Of a stretch of 64,000 nucleotides of DNA, positions 39,640 through 52,934 are shown piece after piece (the stretch's first letter is position 1; every line of letters starts with the position of its first letter). This DNA comes from Eledone cirrhosa. Taxonomy: Eukaryota. Position numbers and translations under genes: made by a program. The stretch is taken from contig OZ024746.1 in the NCBI GenBank assembly GCA_964016885.1, positions 70,680,001-70,744,000 on the forward strand, written 5' to 3'. The notes beneath the pieces were generated by a model. It ran no database searches. It was not told the origin of the DNA and saw nothing but the letters and a program-made list of their open reading frames with translations.

Positions 39640-40016
39640 TCAAAGACAATGACACACGACCGTAACTTCTGGCGTCACGCAGTAATACAGAGTACCCGAC
39701 CTCCCATGGGTACATGCTGAAGCATATAAACAATATGCCCCCACACCCCCCACCGCAAGGTGGTCGTGGAGGTGCCACGGCAAAAAAGCACCCAGCCCAC
39801 ACTGTAAAGTGGACGTGTAGGCGGCACGAAAAAGCACCCAGCACTCACTGTAAATGAGGTTGGTGTTAGGAAGGGCATGCAGCTGTAGAAATCAAGCCAG
39901 ATCAGTTCCTGTATGAGCAAGGCATGGTCAGCCGACCAGACACTGCACACAACAGGACAACCCGTCTAACCCATGCTAGCGTGGAAGAACAGACGTAAAA
40001 CGGTGATGATGATGAT
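39640..40016 (+). mobile_element. RTE LINE 3' end (ORF C-terminus plus UTR)
   Basis: SKTMTHDRNFWRHAVIQSTR matches SKTMSLDRDLWRYSVTEKTR, followed by a (GAT)n tail. Confidence 0.8.
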
Positions 40017-40020
40017 ATAC

Positions 40021-40280
40021 AGCTCAAAAGTGACACAGAGGAGACTGAGGTTAGCTGGACATGCTCACTGACATCCAGAGTTGACATTGCACTCAGTGCT
40101 CCTGTGGGAGTCCCTACATGGACACACTGGAAGAGGAAGACCAAGGTTAACGTATGTTGATGCCCTAAGGACAGACACTGGTCTGTTGGAGACGCAGGAC
40201 ATGGCAGCGATAATGAGGGACAGAGACCGCTGGAGAGAACTCGTCCATGGATCTCGGGAATTTTACCCACCCTAGAGATA
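40021..40280 (+). mobile_element. RTE-clade LINE 3' fragment of a different family
   Basis: VLLWESLHGHTGRGRPRLTYVDAL....MRDRDRWR. Confidence 0.75.
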
Positions 40281-40299
40281 TATACATACATATACAGTA

Positions 40300-40900
40300 T
40301 ATATATATATTAAGTTGTAGTTCCTGTCTGTTTATTTATTCACAAACTCCTCCTATAGTTTTGGAGATAGACCCCCATAACTATATATATTCTGAAACTA
40401 CATTGCCCAGGTTACTTGGATAAGTATATTTCATTTTAACCAAAGGGTTCCCCGGGGACACAAACCTCCGTTGAAAATGTTTTCTCTTCGATTTATATGA
40501 AATTTAAACCATAGGTAAATGACTAGATATGATGCCTATTCACAAAATTTCAGTAATATTAAGACACACTAACCTCCTATAGTGAAAATTTTGGAAGCCC
40601 ATAACTTGAGTATTGGAACTTTGAATTTCTAATTTGAAAATAAGGCTTTACACAAAAATGAATTGATCAAGTTTTGAATTGATATTTTGAAAAAAATTTA
40701 CAAGAAACAAAATAAGAATAAGATTTAATAATGTAATTTTGATTTGATATATTACAAAAAATAATGTTTTCCAATTTTTCATGCATTACATTTTACATTG
40801 AATAATATTGAAATGCAGAGTTTTTCTCCATAAATTATATCAATCATTTTCTTACAAAAAAAATATGTGAAACGCAGCAAGGCGCGGGTAATTCGACTAG
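40300..40900 (+). mobile_element. Non-autonomous Helitron
   Basis: 3' GC hairpin acgcagcaaggcgcggg followed by CTAG-t (40897-40900), and a 5' tatatattaag..ctgtctgttt start. Confidence 0.7.
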
Positions 40901-40932
40901 TATATATTTATATAATTATATGTATATGTATA

Positions 40933-42882
40933 CCCCAGTAGTACAGACCGGGTCCGTAAACAACTAATCAACTTCTTCCGAGACTGGGAATTTAAAATCA
41001 CCCTACAAACGTCCCTAACCCGAGTCAATTTCCTGGACGTTACCCATAACCTCGAAAATGATCTGTACTACCCATACAGGAAACCAAACGACAACCTACA
41101 CTACATCCACCACCGCTCTAACCATCCTAGAAACATCACCAATAACCTGGTTAAAAACATTTCCCTCCGCATATCTCGTTTGTCCGCTAATGAGCAGATA
41201 TTCGACAAACACACGCCTCATTACAACCAGGCCCTCAAGTGGAGTGGCTTCCGGGAGGAAATATCCTTTTAACCAGCTTCCCTTAGCGGAACCAGCAGGC
41301 GACACCGCCACTCACGCCACGTAACGTGGTTCAATCCTCCCCATAAGGCTGAGGTGGCAACACCTATCGGGAAAATCTTCTTTAGGCTCCTCGAAAAACA
41401 CTTCCCACTAAAACACCGCTACCACAACATAATCAACAAAAACACCATCAAACTCTCATACAGCACCACACCTAACTTTGCACAAAACATCGTCTCCTCA
41501 AACAACAAAAAACTCAACCCCTATGGAAGAAACAACCTAGACATCAGTGGAGAGCCAACCAGGAGGTGTAACTGCCCTGATAGATCTACGTGCCCCCTCA
41601 ACAACAAATGCTGAGAACGTAACATGATCTACCAGTGCAACGTGAGGACGGACACCTCCAACAAAGCTTATATAGGATTAACCGCTTGTGACTTCAAGAC
41701 CCGGCTCTACCAACACCGACATACTTTCCAAAACTCGGTCCGGTGACTTGCCACTACACTTTCGGGCCACATCTGGGACCTCCAAGATAATAATATAACC
41801 TACAATCTCACTTGGAACTTACTGTCCAGAGCTAACTCTTACACAGGAGGACGCCGTCCGTGTAACTTATGCTCGGAGGAAACATTACAAATGCTGTTTT
41901 CTAAGGACCAACTCCTAAACAAGAAAGACGAACTGGTAACCGCATGCAAACACAGATTGCGTAGGACTTACCTCGCCCTCAAACCCCATAACGACCCAGG
42001 TGGGTAGACAAGGGGTGATACCCCCCCACTTGCCGAATAAGTTAGGGGAAACCCCAGCTTACATAGGTAGATGTATCTCTTTTCTTTTCCTCTTTGTCTT
42101 CTTCCTCCTGTCTCATCCTATCACTTCCTTCCACCCCCTATTTTCTTCCTCATCTGCTTTTCCCCTTTCACCTACCCCGATGCAGCCCATCGAGCCTCTG
42201 TAGCATCAGTTCCCCCACCCCTGTAATTTTAAGATAGAATTGGCCAAATACGTTTTACTAACTACTTATAGTAGATGTGTTAGACCCCTTTAATTTTGTA
42301 TCAGTTTTGTTACTACTCAATTTCTACAAGTTTTTTTCTATTCTCAACTTATTAACCTGTAATTGTAAGATAGTATTGTGATTTTTTTTTATTCATTTCT
42401 CACTATCTAATTTTATATTTTTTTTTTATTTCTTTCTATTATCTTTTATTGTCTCCTACTCTCATTCGAATCACCTATTCTATAACCACCCTTCTCCATT
42501 TCATACACTATCCTTAGATTCTGTTGTATATATATCACGTTTAACGCTTGACCGCTCCACTCACTCCCCTATTGTTCTACAGGCAAGTTCAGCCACCCCT
42601 ACCTCCCACCAAATGCCATGATAGACTTATTTGTGTTTACAACAAATTTTAACCAATCCTTTTGACAACTACAATCTTCCCATATAAGGAAGTACCCCCT
42701 TGACAAGTTCGGCTATTTATTCACCAGGCTAAAAATTCTAATTTAGTCCAGAAATAGTCGTCGGCACGGCTTGAGCTCTGCCGTCGGGGTCATACTTTTT
42801 CCTATTTCCCACTCTACTACTCTAAGTATTGAGTACTCTGGTGCCTTATGGTCCATCTGGTTCCTTACCACAATTCCTTTGT

Positions 42883-42885
<3 letters not shown>
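40933..42885 (+). mobile_element. 5'-truncated Penelope-like element (C-terminal GIY-YIG, CxCx5C linker; Hydra-clade-like) with pLTR tail
   Basis: One frame (40934-42007) with three internal stops: VNFLDVT..YRKPN..YIHHRSNHP (PLE RT), WFNPP, CNCPDRSTCPL, MIYQC...AYIGLT..FKTR...H (GIY-YIG), PCNLC, LLNKKDEL. It is flanked by TA tracts. Confidence 0.92.
42696..42789 (+). ncRNA. Type I hammerhead ribozyme, U3-A8 core variant (GAAA mutated to GGCA in this copy)
   Basis: cccc-TTGACAA-g..cggctattt/aaatagtcg..c-[GGCA; GAAA in the siblings at 38769 and 39533]-cggc/gccg-TC-gggg. Confidence 0.75.
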
Positions 42886-42930
<45 letters not shown>

Positions 42931-42941
42931 CATATATATAT

Positions 42942-43189
42942 AATGTAGGAGGTGAGTAATATTGTAGAACAATAAAACTATGCATATATCAGATAAGTAG
43001 CACTCAACAGTTGGTAGAACTGGAGTATAAATGGACACTTTCTTGTTCACAAGTGTTTTTAGGCCTCATATCATGTTACCTTATTTTATCTGATGAGAAC
43101 ACAATTTTTGTCCCAGGATGATGTTGTTTTCGAAATGCTCATAATAAAATATATGGAACTTTTTTAACCATCTTTTAATTTCTTCTTTA

Positions 43190-43190
<1 letters not shown>
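42942..43190 (+). mobile_element. Hammerhead-bearing non-autonomous element related to 38382-38672
   Basis: Shares ttcacaagtgttttt...ttatctgatga...gaaatgc..ataataaaata.atggaact. Its 42944-43028 block is the reverse complement of about 38594-38672. Confidence 0.65.
43086..43144 (+). ncRNA. Minimal type I hammerhead-like motif
   Basis: ttat-CTGATGA-gaa...ttc-GAAA-tgc-TC-ataa: stem I ttat/ataa, G10.1-C11.1 pair, and a single-pair helix III. Confidence 0.6.
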
Positions 43191-43445
<255 letters not shown>

Positions 43446-43487
43446 TGGTGGTGGCTGTGATGTGTGTGTATGATATATATATTATTA

Positions 43488-46388
43488 TAAATGAACAGTG
43501 CATGAGTCATGATATACACATGTGTGCATGTGTATGGAAGGGGTACATCAGGTGTAGTTTTGGCATATTTCGGGAAGCATGAGTGTCTTAAAGGATGCAG
43601 TGTCTCAGCAGCTAACAACTGACGCAGGCAGTTTGTTCCATGCTTCAGCAACTCTGAGAGTGAAAAAATGTTTACGAAAGTCATGGGAGCTGTGCTGTTT
43701 TCTGATTTTGTAGGCATGTCCACGTGTGTTAGACACATGGAGATCAAAAAGGTGCTCAGGGTTGTTGTTGGCGAGATGGTTAATAACTTTGTGGGAGTTT
43801 ACCAAGTCCATTGCCAGACGTCGGAGCTTCAATGAATCCATGCCCAGGGAAGCAAGGCGTTCAGAGTATGGTAGGTGTCTGATGGAGGGTATGCGCTTTG
43901 TTGCACGTCTCTGAACAGTTTCCAGGCGGTCAATGTTCTGAGCAAGATAGGGGTTCCAGACTGATGATGCGAATTCCAAGTGTGATCGTACTATAGCTGT
44001 ATACAGTTTTAAATAGATGGCTGGAGAGCGGCTAACAAAGGTCTTGCTGAGTGATGCCAAGACACCCTCGGCCTTCTTGACAATCTTAGAGACATGCTTT
44101 GTCCAACGCAAATCGCTGCTGACAGTAATGCCCAGGTCACGCTCACAAGAGGACTTCTTGATATCAGTGTTGTGGAGGGAGTATGTGGACGCTGGATTTT
44201 TCCTCCCAAAATGCATGGTGGTACACTTGTCCACAGCCAGCTTCAGTTGCCAGTCTGTGATCCATTGCTGCATTGTGCCCAGGTCTGATTGTAGGAAAGA
44301 GTTGTAAATTTCAGGATCAGTCCTTTTGATTTTTGATTTCAAGGTACAGCTTGATGTCATCTGCATATTTCAGTACCGTGGCATTCTGTAAGTTGGCATC
44401 TATGTCATTAATATATGCCACAAACAAAAGGGGACCAAGAACAGATCCTGTGGTACACCGATGACATCTCATATGGTGAAGAATGCTGTCCTAGAACCGT
44501 GACTACCTCTTTTCGGCTGAGAATGAAGGATTTCAACCAGTCGAAAAGATCATCGCTAATACCCATTGCAGAGAGTTTTGCCATAAGTCTTTTGTGTGGC
44601 ACAGAATTAAAAGCCTTAGCAAAGTCAAGGTAAACAATATCCACCCATGAGCCGCTGTCAGTGAACCGGGTGATGTCTTCAAGGTGATTCTTAAGGTGAC
44701 GTCGCAGCATTGCAGGTGTAAATTCCATAGTTGTTATGGAATTTGATGTTAGAGATGGTGGAGATGGTACATTCTGATTTTCTTAGGGATCGTCAGTGAT
44801 CTGGCTTGTGTGGGGATTGCGAAGAGGACCAACTGGAGAGTGAGGTCTCTGCTTTGAATGAACATATTTCCAGAACACCTTACTGTCAGGATTGGTTGCT
44901 ATGCACTGTTCAAATTCAAGCACTGCCTTCTTTGTCACTTGCTTGAGATGGTTAGAAAATTTATTCCGCTTTTTTCTGTTGGCATCTGATTTATGCAGTT
45001 TATATTCCTGTTCAGCGTTCCGACGTTCTTTCCTGGCAAGTTGGACCGCTGAAGTTTCCCAAATTGCACTTTTGGTGTGGTTTTTTTTCTGCTTACGTGG
45101 CACTGATGCTGCACACGCTATCCATATTGAGTCCAGGATGCTCTGGAGTATAGTGTTCAGATCTCCAGAGTTATACATCTCATGCCAGTTTGGGCGCTGT
45201 AGCTCAGTGCAGTACAAGTTCCAATCTGCTTTCTTCCAATCAAAGCAAGCCGAGTGGAGATGGCTCTGGTTTTTGTTGCTGCCCGCAAGAGCCAGATTGG
45301 CAATGATCATAGCATGATCAGAGTCACCTAGAGGTTCCTCAGTAGTACAACTGATAACTACTTCAGGAGAAGTGGTGAAGAGCAGGTCCAAAGTGTTGTC
45401 ACCTCTTGTTGGAGAGGTGACCACTTGTGACCAGTTTGAGTCCAGCACTAGTTCAAGGAAATTGTTTGCAATGTGTTTATTGCAGGTGACTTCAATCATC
45501 TCAGGATGATTGAAGTCACCTGCAATAAACACATAAGTGGCTGTTTTCTTGGCAGCAACTCTGAGGATATCGCAAAGCTGTGTGTCCTGATGGTAATTTG
45601 GGGGGCGATAAACAACACCAAGCAGAAGTGTTGACATGGTCATACGTATGTCACAAAAAAAAACTTCTTCCTGTGATTCGTTCAAATCAACGCAAGGAAT
45701 TACCGAAAAGTTAGAACGAACGTAGACCATCACACCACCACCACGGCGATTAATGCGGTCCTTGCGGAAAAGGTTGTACCCAGTAATGCTGAAAACCCCA
45801 TCACAGAGTAAGGAATGTGCCCATGTTTCCATCACTGTGATGAAGTCAGGGTTGATGCTTCTGACGTAGGAGTCAAACAGATGTATCTTGTTGCATAAAC
45901 TGCGAGCATTTAAGGACAACAATTTGTACCCTGCTTGCAGCTTATGATGGTGTGTAGAGGGTGGTAGGTTGTTCTGGTTTAGTTTCCCAGAGTTGTTGCA
46001 GTTTTTTCATTGCCAGTTATTGTGGGTAGAGCACACTCAGACCAGCTGGTATCTCTCTTCCACGTTTCACCAGCCTTAACAAACCTCCAGATCTGCCCAT
46101 CATCACGCAGACTAAAACTTTCATGTTGTGCTGAGTTCCGATTCAAGGAAGCTGCAGCACGTAGCTTTGGGGTGGTAGGCCTGGGCGTGTTCGGAAGGTA
46201 ATCCGATTCTCACGCCCAGATTTAACAGAGGCCAGATGGTATGAGATTGCCTCAGCGGGGTCCGAAAAAGACAGCCTGATGAGTCTGGGTTTTGGACCAA
46301 GCCGACCAAGGAGGAGAGCACCTTTTGGGGGAACACAGCCTAGGTCTTTGGCTGAGCTGGCAGCAAATGCCTGAAGATCAGCCTTGTC
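43488..46388 (-). mobile_element. Second copy of the CR1/L2-group LINE, 5' truncated with an internal deletion
   Basis: Colinear with about 6148-9338. It has a 379 aa APE ORF (44783-45922) and a 253 aa RT C-terminal ORF, and lacks about 350 bp corresponding to about 7322-7668. Confidence 0.93.
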
Positions 46389-46724
46389 CTCTGGTACCCC
46401 AATGCCAGCTATTAACTCTGGCCGAATAGATTAGAGAGATTAGAACTTTGAGTTCTATTTATACGGTCAGTACAGTACATGGCTGAGATGTGCTGCTCTC
46501 TTGTTGCTCCAATAAACTGGAGAAAATGGTGAAAGACCAAAACTTCAACTGGTTGCATGGGAGGAGGTTGGGTTGATACATCAGTATTGTAAACAAGTGC
46601 TGAAACATTTTTCATGAGGAAAGTTAAACAACTGCATACATATAAAACAGCACAATGTAAATGCTAATCCTAAAAATTAGAGTTGCATTTGTGTTATCCA
46701 TTAGCAAAATGTGTGAGTTGGACC

Positions 46725-47028
46725 TCTGCCGGTTCCAATGACGAATAACCCAATTGTTCATACAATAGAACAATTTGCTTATGAAATTAACAAGTGGCTG
46801 AGCATTCTGCAGACATGTGCACCATTAATATAGTTCTAAGGAAGATTCAGTGTGACACAATGTGTAACAAGGCTGACCCTTTGAATCACAGGTAGAAATC
46901 ATTTTTGACAGCTGAATGGATTGAAGCAATGTGAAGTAAAGTGTCTTGCTCAAAGACACAATGGGAATTGAACACACAGCGTTATGCTCATGAGCAAAAT
47001 ATCCTAACCACTAAACCATATGCCTTCA
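46725..47028 (-). mobile_element. tRNA-derived SINE (family B)
   Basis: Homologous to the 17930 copy; minus-strand A-box tggtttagtgg. Confidence 0.75.
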
Positions 47029-47043
47029 TATTAGTAAAATAAA

Positions 47044-47228
47044 TGTAGTGACTAGCGCCACCTTTGCCCGGGGAACAAAACTAATTGGAGTTACTTCCCC
47101 GTGGCCCAAATATAAGGGAGTGTTCTGGCGCCTCTCTCTCTCTTGCAGCTTGACCTTGCTAAGGTCAACACCAATTCTTCTTTTGCTCCGCAAGCACGAA
47201 CAATATGTAACGACAAAACATTACTACA
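47044..47228 (+). mobile_element. Possible short LTR
   Basis: TGTAGT...ACTACA inverted termini with an internal TATAA; no target-site duplication found. Confidence 0.35.
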
Positions 47229-47660
47229 GGCCTGGCCAACGCCTCAGCCAGTCGACCGTACTTTCTCTTGTTATTTCATTTCTTTTGGCATGCCAGCTTA
47301 ATCCACCTCTTAACCTTTGTTAATAAATTATGTAAAAACATGCTAAAAGTCTTGGTGATATATCTATTATATCTTATTGCAAAAAAAAAAACGAATCAGC
47401 AATAAAGGAAATATGAACTACTGTTTGATTAGATTAATTAATCTAAAACTGACTTTGTGAGAATATGGTGGAAATAAAGCAGAATGAAAAGATTTCTCTT
47501 TCTAATTAGATCAGAATTCTTTTTCTACTATTATCATATATAATCACTCTTTAGCAACAGTTCTCATCACCCCCGCCCAACTACCACCACGCCACTCTAT
47601 CCTACATTAGTGAGTCACAAACATGTCCATACACAACTCATCCATTATTACACTTTAAAG

Positions 47661-47852
47661 GGCAGTGGATTGGCAGTATCAGTAGAGGGTCAGACGCCAT
47701 GCTTTGCAGCATAGAGTTACGTCCCTTTACGATCTGAGTTCAAGTCCTGCCGAGGTTAACTTTGTCTTTCATCCTTACGGGGTCGATAAAATAAAGTACC
47801 AGTAATGCACTGGGATAATTGCTGGCCGTGTGCCAAAAGTAGAAACAATTAT
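47661..47852 (+). mobile_element. tRNA-derived SINE (family C)
   Basis: gtggattggcagtatc..gagttcaagtcc (B-box)..ggggtcgataaaataaagtaccag..agaaacaatt. Confidence 0.8.
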
Positions 47853-48819
47853 TACTCTTTAATAACTATTTCCATTATTGCTGTACACCACCCACTCTAT
47901 CTTACATTACTCCCACCCCATTTCTGCCTCACATTACTCTGGTAAATGCCACCACACTTGTCATACACAATGACATCATACTTGTCATCCATTTTACCCC
48001 ACCTCCTAGTCTCACCTTTTAAATGAATCTGCCTTGAGATAAGGCATCCCCGCTCCCCTCTAACCCTATAGGGACCTCCCTAATGCTGGTGTTATGACAT
48101 TAGGAAATCCCCCAGCTATAGAAACTTAGTGTCGGTAACATGATAAAATACAACCAATACACTTTGTAATGTGGTTGGTGATAGAAAGGGCATTCATCAG
48201 TAGAAACCATACCAAAACTAGAAACTACATCTATGACTGCTGGCCCATCTGGGAGGATAGTAGTTCCGATTAAGTGACTTGGTTTGTATGTTCAATTGAT
48301 GCAAGCATTGATGATGTTAAATGAATAATAATAATAACAATCTAAACTATAATAAAGTAAGGAGTGCGGGACAACGTCCAGAATATCCCATTAGTAAAAT
48401 AAGTTTGAATAAATAATGAATGAGTATTACATAATTTATTTACTAAATTTCGTAGCTGTTTATTTAAAGATTATTTATTGTTTATTTAAAGATTCACTTC
48501 TTTAAAATTTTCAAATGTCAACACTTCTGGTTAGCGATCGCTTAAATAAACATTCATATATTTCCGTCACTAATTTTCTCCTAACACTGTTTATATATAT
48601 AATATCGTGTTTTTTTTTAATGTATCATGGATTACGTTACTGATTACATAAGACAGTGTAACACAGTCTTTGTTCAATTTCTGTGTATATTGTCAATTAC
48701 GATTTTATTTGATGTATCATATCTACATGCATATATAGTTGCGTATAATATCAATATACACACTACACATGCTAGCAGAAAACTACCTTAAGGGTAGTTT
48801 TTCTGCTAGTAATAATAAT

Positions 48820-49545
48820 AATTGTTTCTACTATTGGCACAAGGCCAGCAATTATCAGTACATTACTGGTACTTTATTTTATCGACCCCGTAAGGATGAA
48901 AGGCAAAGTTAACCTCGGCGGGATTTGAACTCAGAATGGCAAGGACCGTAACTCTATGCGTCAAAGCTAGTAATAATAATAATAATTATAATTGTGTCTA
49001 CTTTTTGACACAAAACCAGCAATTACCCAGTACATTACTGGTACTTTATTTTATCGACCCCGTAAGGATGAAAGGAAAAGTGAACCTTGGCGGGATGTTG
49101 TTTTCTTTATTAACCATGAGGGTTGACATAAATATAAAATTAAGGACAGTACAGGACGATACAAATGGACATTTCTGCGTGTAAAGAAAAAAACAAAGAA
49201 AATGCTGTTTCTTATTTTCTGAGAATGCCAGAACCAACAGAAAGCTAACAAAGGTAATCAAGAACATTTTGAATAGATTGATGGTAAATTGTGTCAGAAT
49301 AAATCTTTAAAAAACAGAAAAATGAACAAAAAGTGATATGTGATAATGTGCTAGTGTCCTTTGTCTTCATTGTGATATATTCTTCCTCATGTGACACCAA
49401 ATATAATTTACATTTTGTTTATGACCTGTTTGACTCACAAATTGTTAATAATTGTTTCTACTTTAGGCACAAAGCCAGCAATTACCCAGTACATTACTGG
49501 TACTTTATTTTATCGACCCCATAAGGATGAAAGGCAAAGTTAACA
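48820..49545 (-). mobile_element. Cluster of three truncated family C SINEs
   Basis: Repeated cattactggtactttattttatcgacccc.taaggatgaaagg near 48861, 49033 and 49492. Confidence 0.8.
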
Positions 49546-49762
49546 AATTGTTAATAATGATTTCAAATTTAGACACAATGCCAGCAATTTAGAAGGGGGA
49601 AATGAATTACATCAGCCCAGTATTTTACTGGTACTTTATGTTATTGACACTTGAAGGATGAAATGACAAAGTTGATCTTGGTATGTTTTGAACTAAATAC
49701 CAAAAGGAATTTTGTCTGATGTTTTAATGGTACTGCTAACCCATCATCCAAGAAGGCAATGA

Positions 49763-49961
<199 letters not shown>

Positions 49962-50063
49962 GGCGACGACGATGGTCGTCACTGCCATCACCACCACCAC
50001 CACTGACAAAGATTATGTTAATATAGGCTTGTGCAGATATTTATGTTGGGTGAAAGCACATGA

Positions 50064-50342
50064 GGTGCATGGCCTAGTGGTAAGGACATTGGAATTACCA
50101 TCATAATATTGTGGGTTCAATTCCTGGTCTGTGTTTTGTGTGTTGTGTTCTTGAACAAAGCACTTCATTTCATGTTGCTCTAGTATACTCAGCTGAAGAT
50201 GAGTACCAGCTGCAGGTTTAACCCTGCAATTGACTGGCTTCCTGTCCAGGGAGGAGTCTTGTACTCTCAGTCACTTAACACCATGGAAACCGAGATAATT
50301 ACTGGCCTGATGAGCCTCTTAGCTTGAGACAGACTTTAGATT
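50064..50342 (+). mobile_element. tRNA-derived SINE (family A)
   Basis: A-box tggcctagtgg, B-box ggttcaattcc, and the same tail as the 16138 copy. Confidence 0.8.
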
Positions 50343-51274
50343 TCAAAAGCACATGGTTTAGTGGTTAAAATATTCAGCTCACTATCTTGAACTTGTGAGT
50401 TCAATTCCCAGCAATGCATTGTGCCCTTGTGCAATATATTTTATTTCACATTAATCCATGCAATTCCCTGGTAAAAAATGAGTTGTACACATAATTAAAA
50501 CAGCCAGCCTTGTCACACATGTTACGCTGAATTTCCCTGAGAACTACGTTAAGCATACATATGTCTGCAGAATGTTCAGCCATTTGCACATTAAATTTAT
50601 GAGCTGGCTGTTCTGTTAATAAAAAAACTAGAATACTCATCATTGGAAGACCAACAACAAAAATAGGGTAAAGATTTCATTTTCTTTGAATGTTACAATT
50701 ATTTGGGTGTTATTTTCTTCTGTGTGTTTTTAACCCTTTTGGTACTAACCCACTCGAAACTGCCCCTGGTTCTACGATACAAAACCGTAAAAGGGTTAAA
50801 ATGTTTATATTTATCTAAAACCCATCCATCTCTTGTTAAGTTATGTTCGAAACACCAGATATAATGAGATAGTTAGCTATATTACTAAAACCTTCCAAAT
50901 ATTTGATTAATTTTGAAGTGATTTGAAAATCACAGACAGTGTCTTTCAGAAAAGTGATAGCAAAAAGATTAAAAATCTCTAATTATTGAAATCAAAGAAC
51001 TAGTATGACGTAATCAAATTATGATTCCAAATTTCAATATCCTGTAAATTAATAGCTTACATAATATTCCATAAAGGTTAGTGGATCCATATTTGAAATA
51101 TGGGATGGCCAGATTGATCTGACAACATTCAAGTGTGTACAATAAACAGATTTATTTCTTTACTTGAAATGTAGAGATAAATGTTTAAGTGGGATGGGAA
51201 ATGTTTGTGAGGTTTATTTATTAATTTCTTGTTCCTGTTCCAAAAATCCTTTAAACTGATTTATTTAAAGTATG

Positions 51275-51546
51275 GCTATGTGTGGCCTAGTGGTAAGTGT
51301 GTTGGACTTATGATCATAATGTCATGGGTTCGATTCCTGGGCTGGATTGTGTGTTCTGTTCTTCAGCAAAACACTTCCTTTAATGTTGCTCCAGTACTCG
51401 CAGCTGAAAATGAGTACCAGCAATAGCTGGGAGTTTAACATTGTGATAGACTGGCATCATGTTCTGGGGTGAGTCTTGTACTTTTAGTCATTTCATACCA
51501 TGGAAACTAGGATAAGCGCCGGCCTGATGAGGCAGACTTTAGACTT
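51275..51546 (+). mobile_element. tRNA-derived SINE (family A)
   Basis: A-box tggcctagtgg, B-box ggttcgattcc, and tail cagactttagact. Confidence 0.8.
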
Positions 51547-51715
51547 CAAACTGATCAAAAATTAATATGATACAATTTTGAGCACTCAGTAGATTAAGCA
51601 AGATACATGCACCCGACTCCCAACTCCCACCCTAACCTGTCTGAGAGCTCCGTAGCTCCATCTGAGTATTCAGTTGGTCTGAAAAGATGTTTTTTTTTTT
51701 TGCTAGCAGGGAAGA

Positions 51716-51905
51716 TTAATTGTTTCTACTTTAGGCACAAGGCCAGCAATTAACCAGTGCATTACTGGTACTTTATTTTATCGACCCCGTAAGGATGAAA
51801 GGCAAAGTTAACCTCGGCGGGATTTGAACTCAGATCATAAAGGACCGTAACTCTTTGCTGCAAAGCATGGCGTCCGACCCTCTACCGATACTGCCAATCC
51901 ACCGC
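51716..51905 (-). mobile_element. tRNA-derived SINE (family C), young copy
   Basis: Reverse complement of the 47661 copy with CpGs retained. Confidence 0.85.
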
Positions 51906-52743
51906 TAGCAAGGAAGATTAATGTTAAATGATAATGACGATGATGATGAAATCTGCGAAGTTTATTACAGATTCCAGGAATTAAATAGATTTCAATATTG
52001 ATAATAGCTATTTATGTTCTTAAGTATGGGTGCAGGCGTGGCTGAGTGATTCAGAAATTTGATTCACTAACTATTGGGATAGGAAGGGGAGGCAAATCAT
52101 TGCTTGTAGGGTGGTGTATGGGTATGGGGCAACGTCTACGACAACAGTAGAAGGCATTTTCATTGGTTTGTACTCTCATTAAGAAAATAGAGCTTATAAA
52201 TAAAATATATCCTGAAATACAATCCTTGAAGTCTGCTCTAAACAGGAACAAAAAACAAAAAAAAGTAAACTAAAAAAGAAAATTTCGTAGAAAAATAACA
52301 GGATGATATTGAATAAAAACAAAAACAATATCAACAATGACAAAAGTCATAACTGTTTCTACTTTTGGCACAAGGCCAGCAAATTTCCTAGTGCATTACT
52401 GGTACTTTATGCAAAATGACAAAAGTAATAATCCCAATAAAATATAACCAGAAGCAGTACTGATAAAATGTAATATATATATAATAAAAAGAACGATTTG
52501 TTGTCTTCATTACGTTTATTGACGAGCTTTTGATTCAGGCTAAGTTGATACAGATCGAACCTTGCACTGCTCAATAGCGAAATGCGTGTCACTACTCAAT
52601 AGACGTAATGAAGACATAACAAATCGTCCTTTTTATTATTATTATTACACTCTGCTTAGTACTACACCTCTATACTTACTGGAAACTATGCATCGAGCGC
52701 TCACTCTGGTGAACATACAATAACAGGACGTTAGAACCCCCCT

Positions 52744-52794
<51 letters not shown>

Positions 52795-52934
52795 TAGAAG
52801 GTGAGGTTTTTTTTTACAAAATGAAAAATAACCGAGGTGTCCTACACGAGTGAAAGTATAAAGAAAAAAAGATGAAATCGAAAATGCAACTGGAGTCTTA
52901 TTTTTAAACAAATATATATATATTTATTTGGTTC

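Noticed and set aside
41612-41746. In-frame TGA codons in the Penelope ORF as selenocysteine (as in Naiad PLEs)
   Set aside because: They are not at cysteine positions, a TAA stop is also present at 41270, and the endonuclease is C-terminal. Ordinary nonsense decay is simpler.
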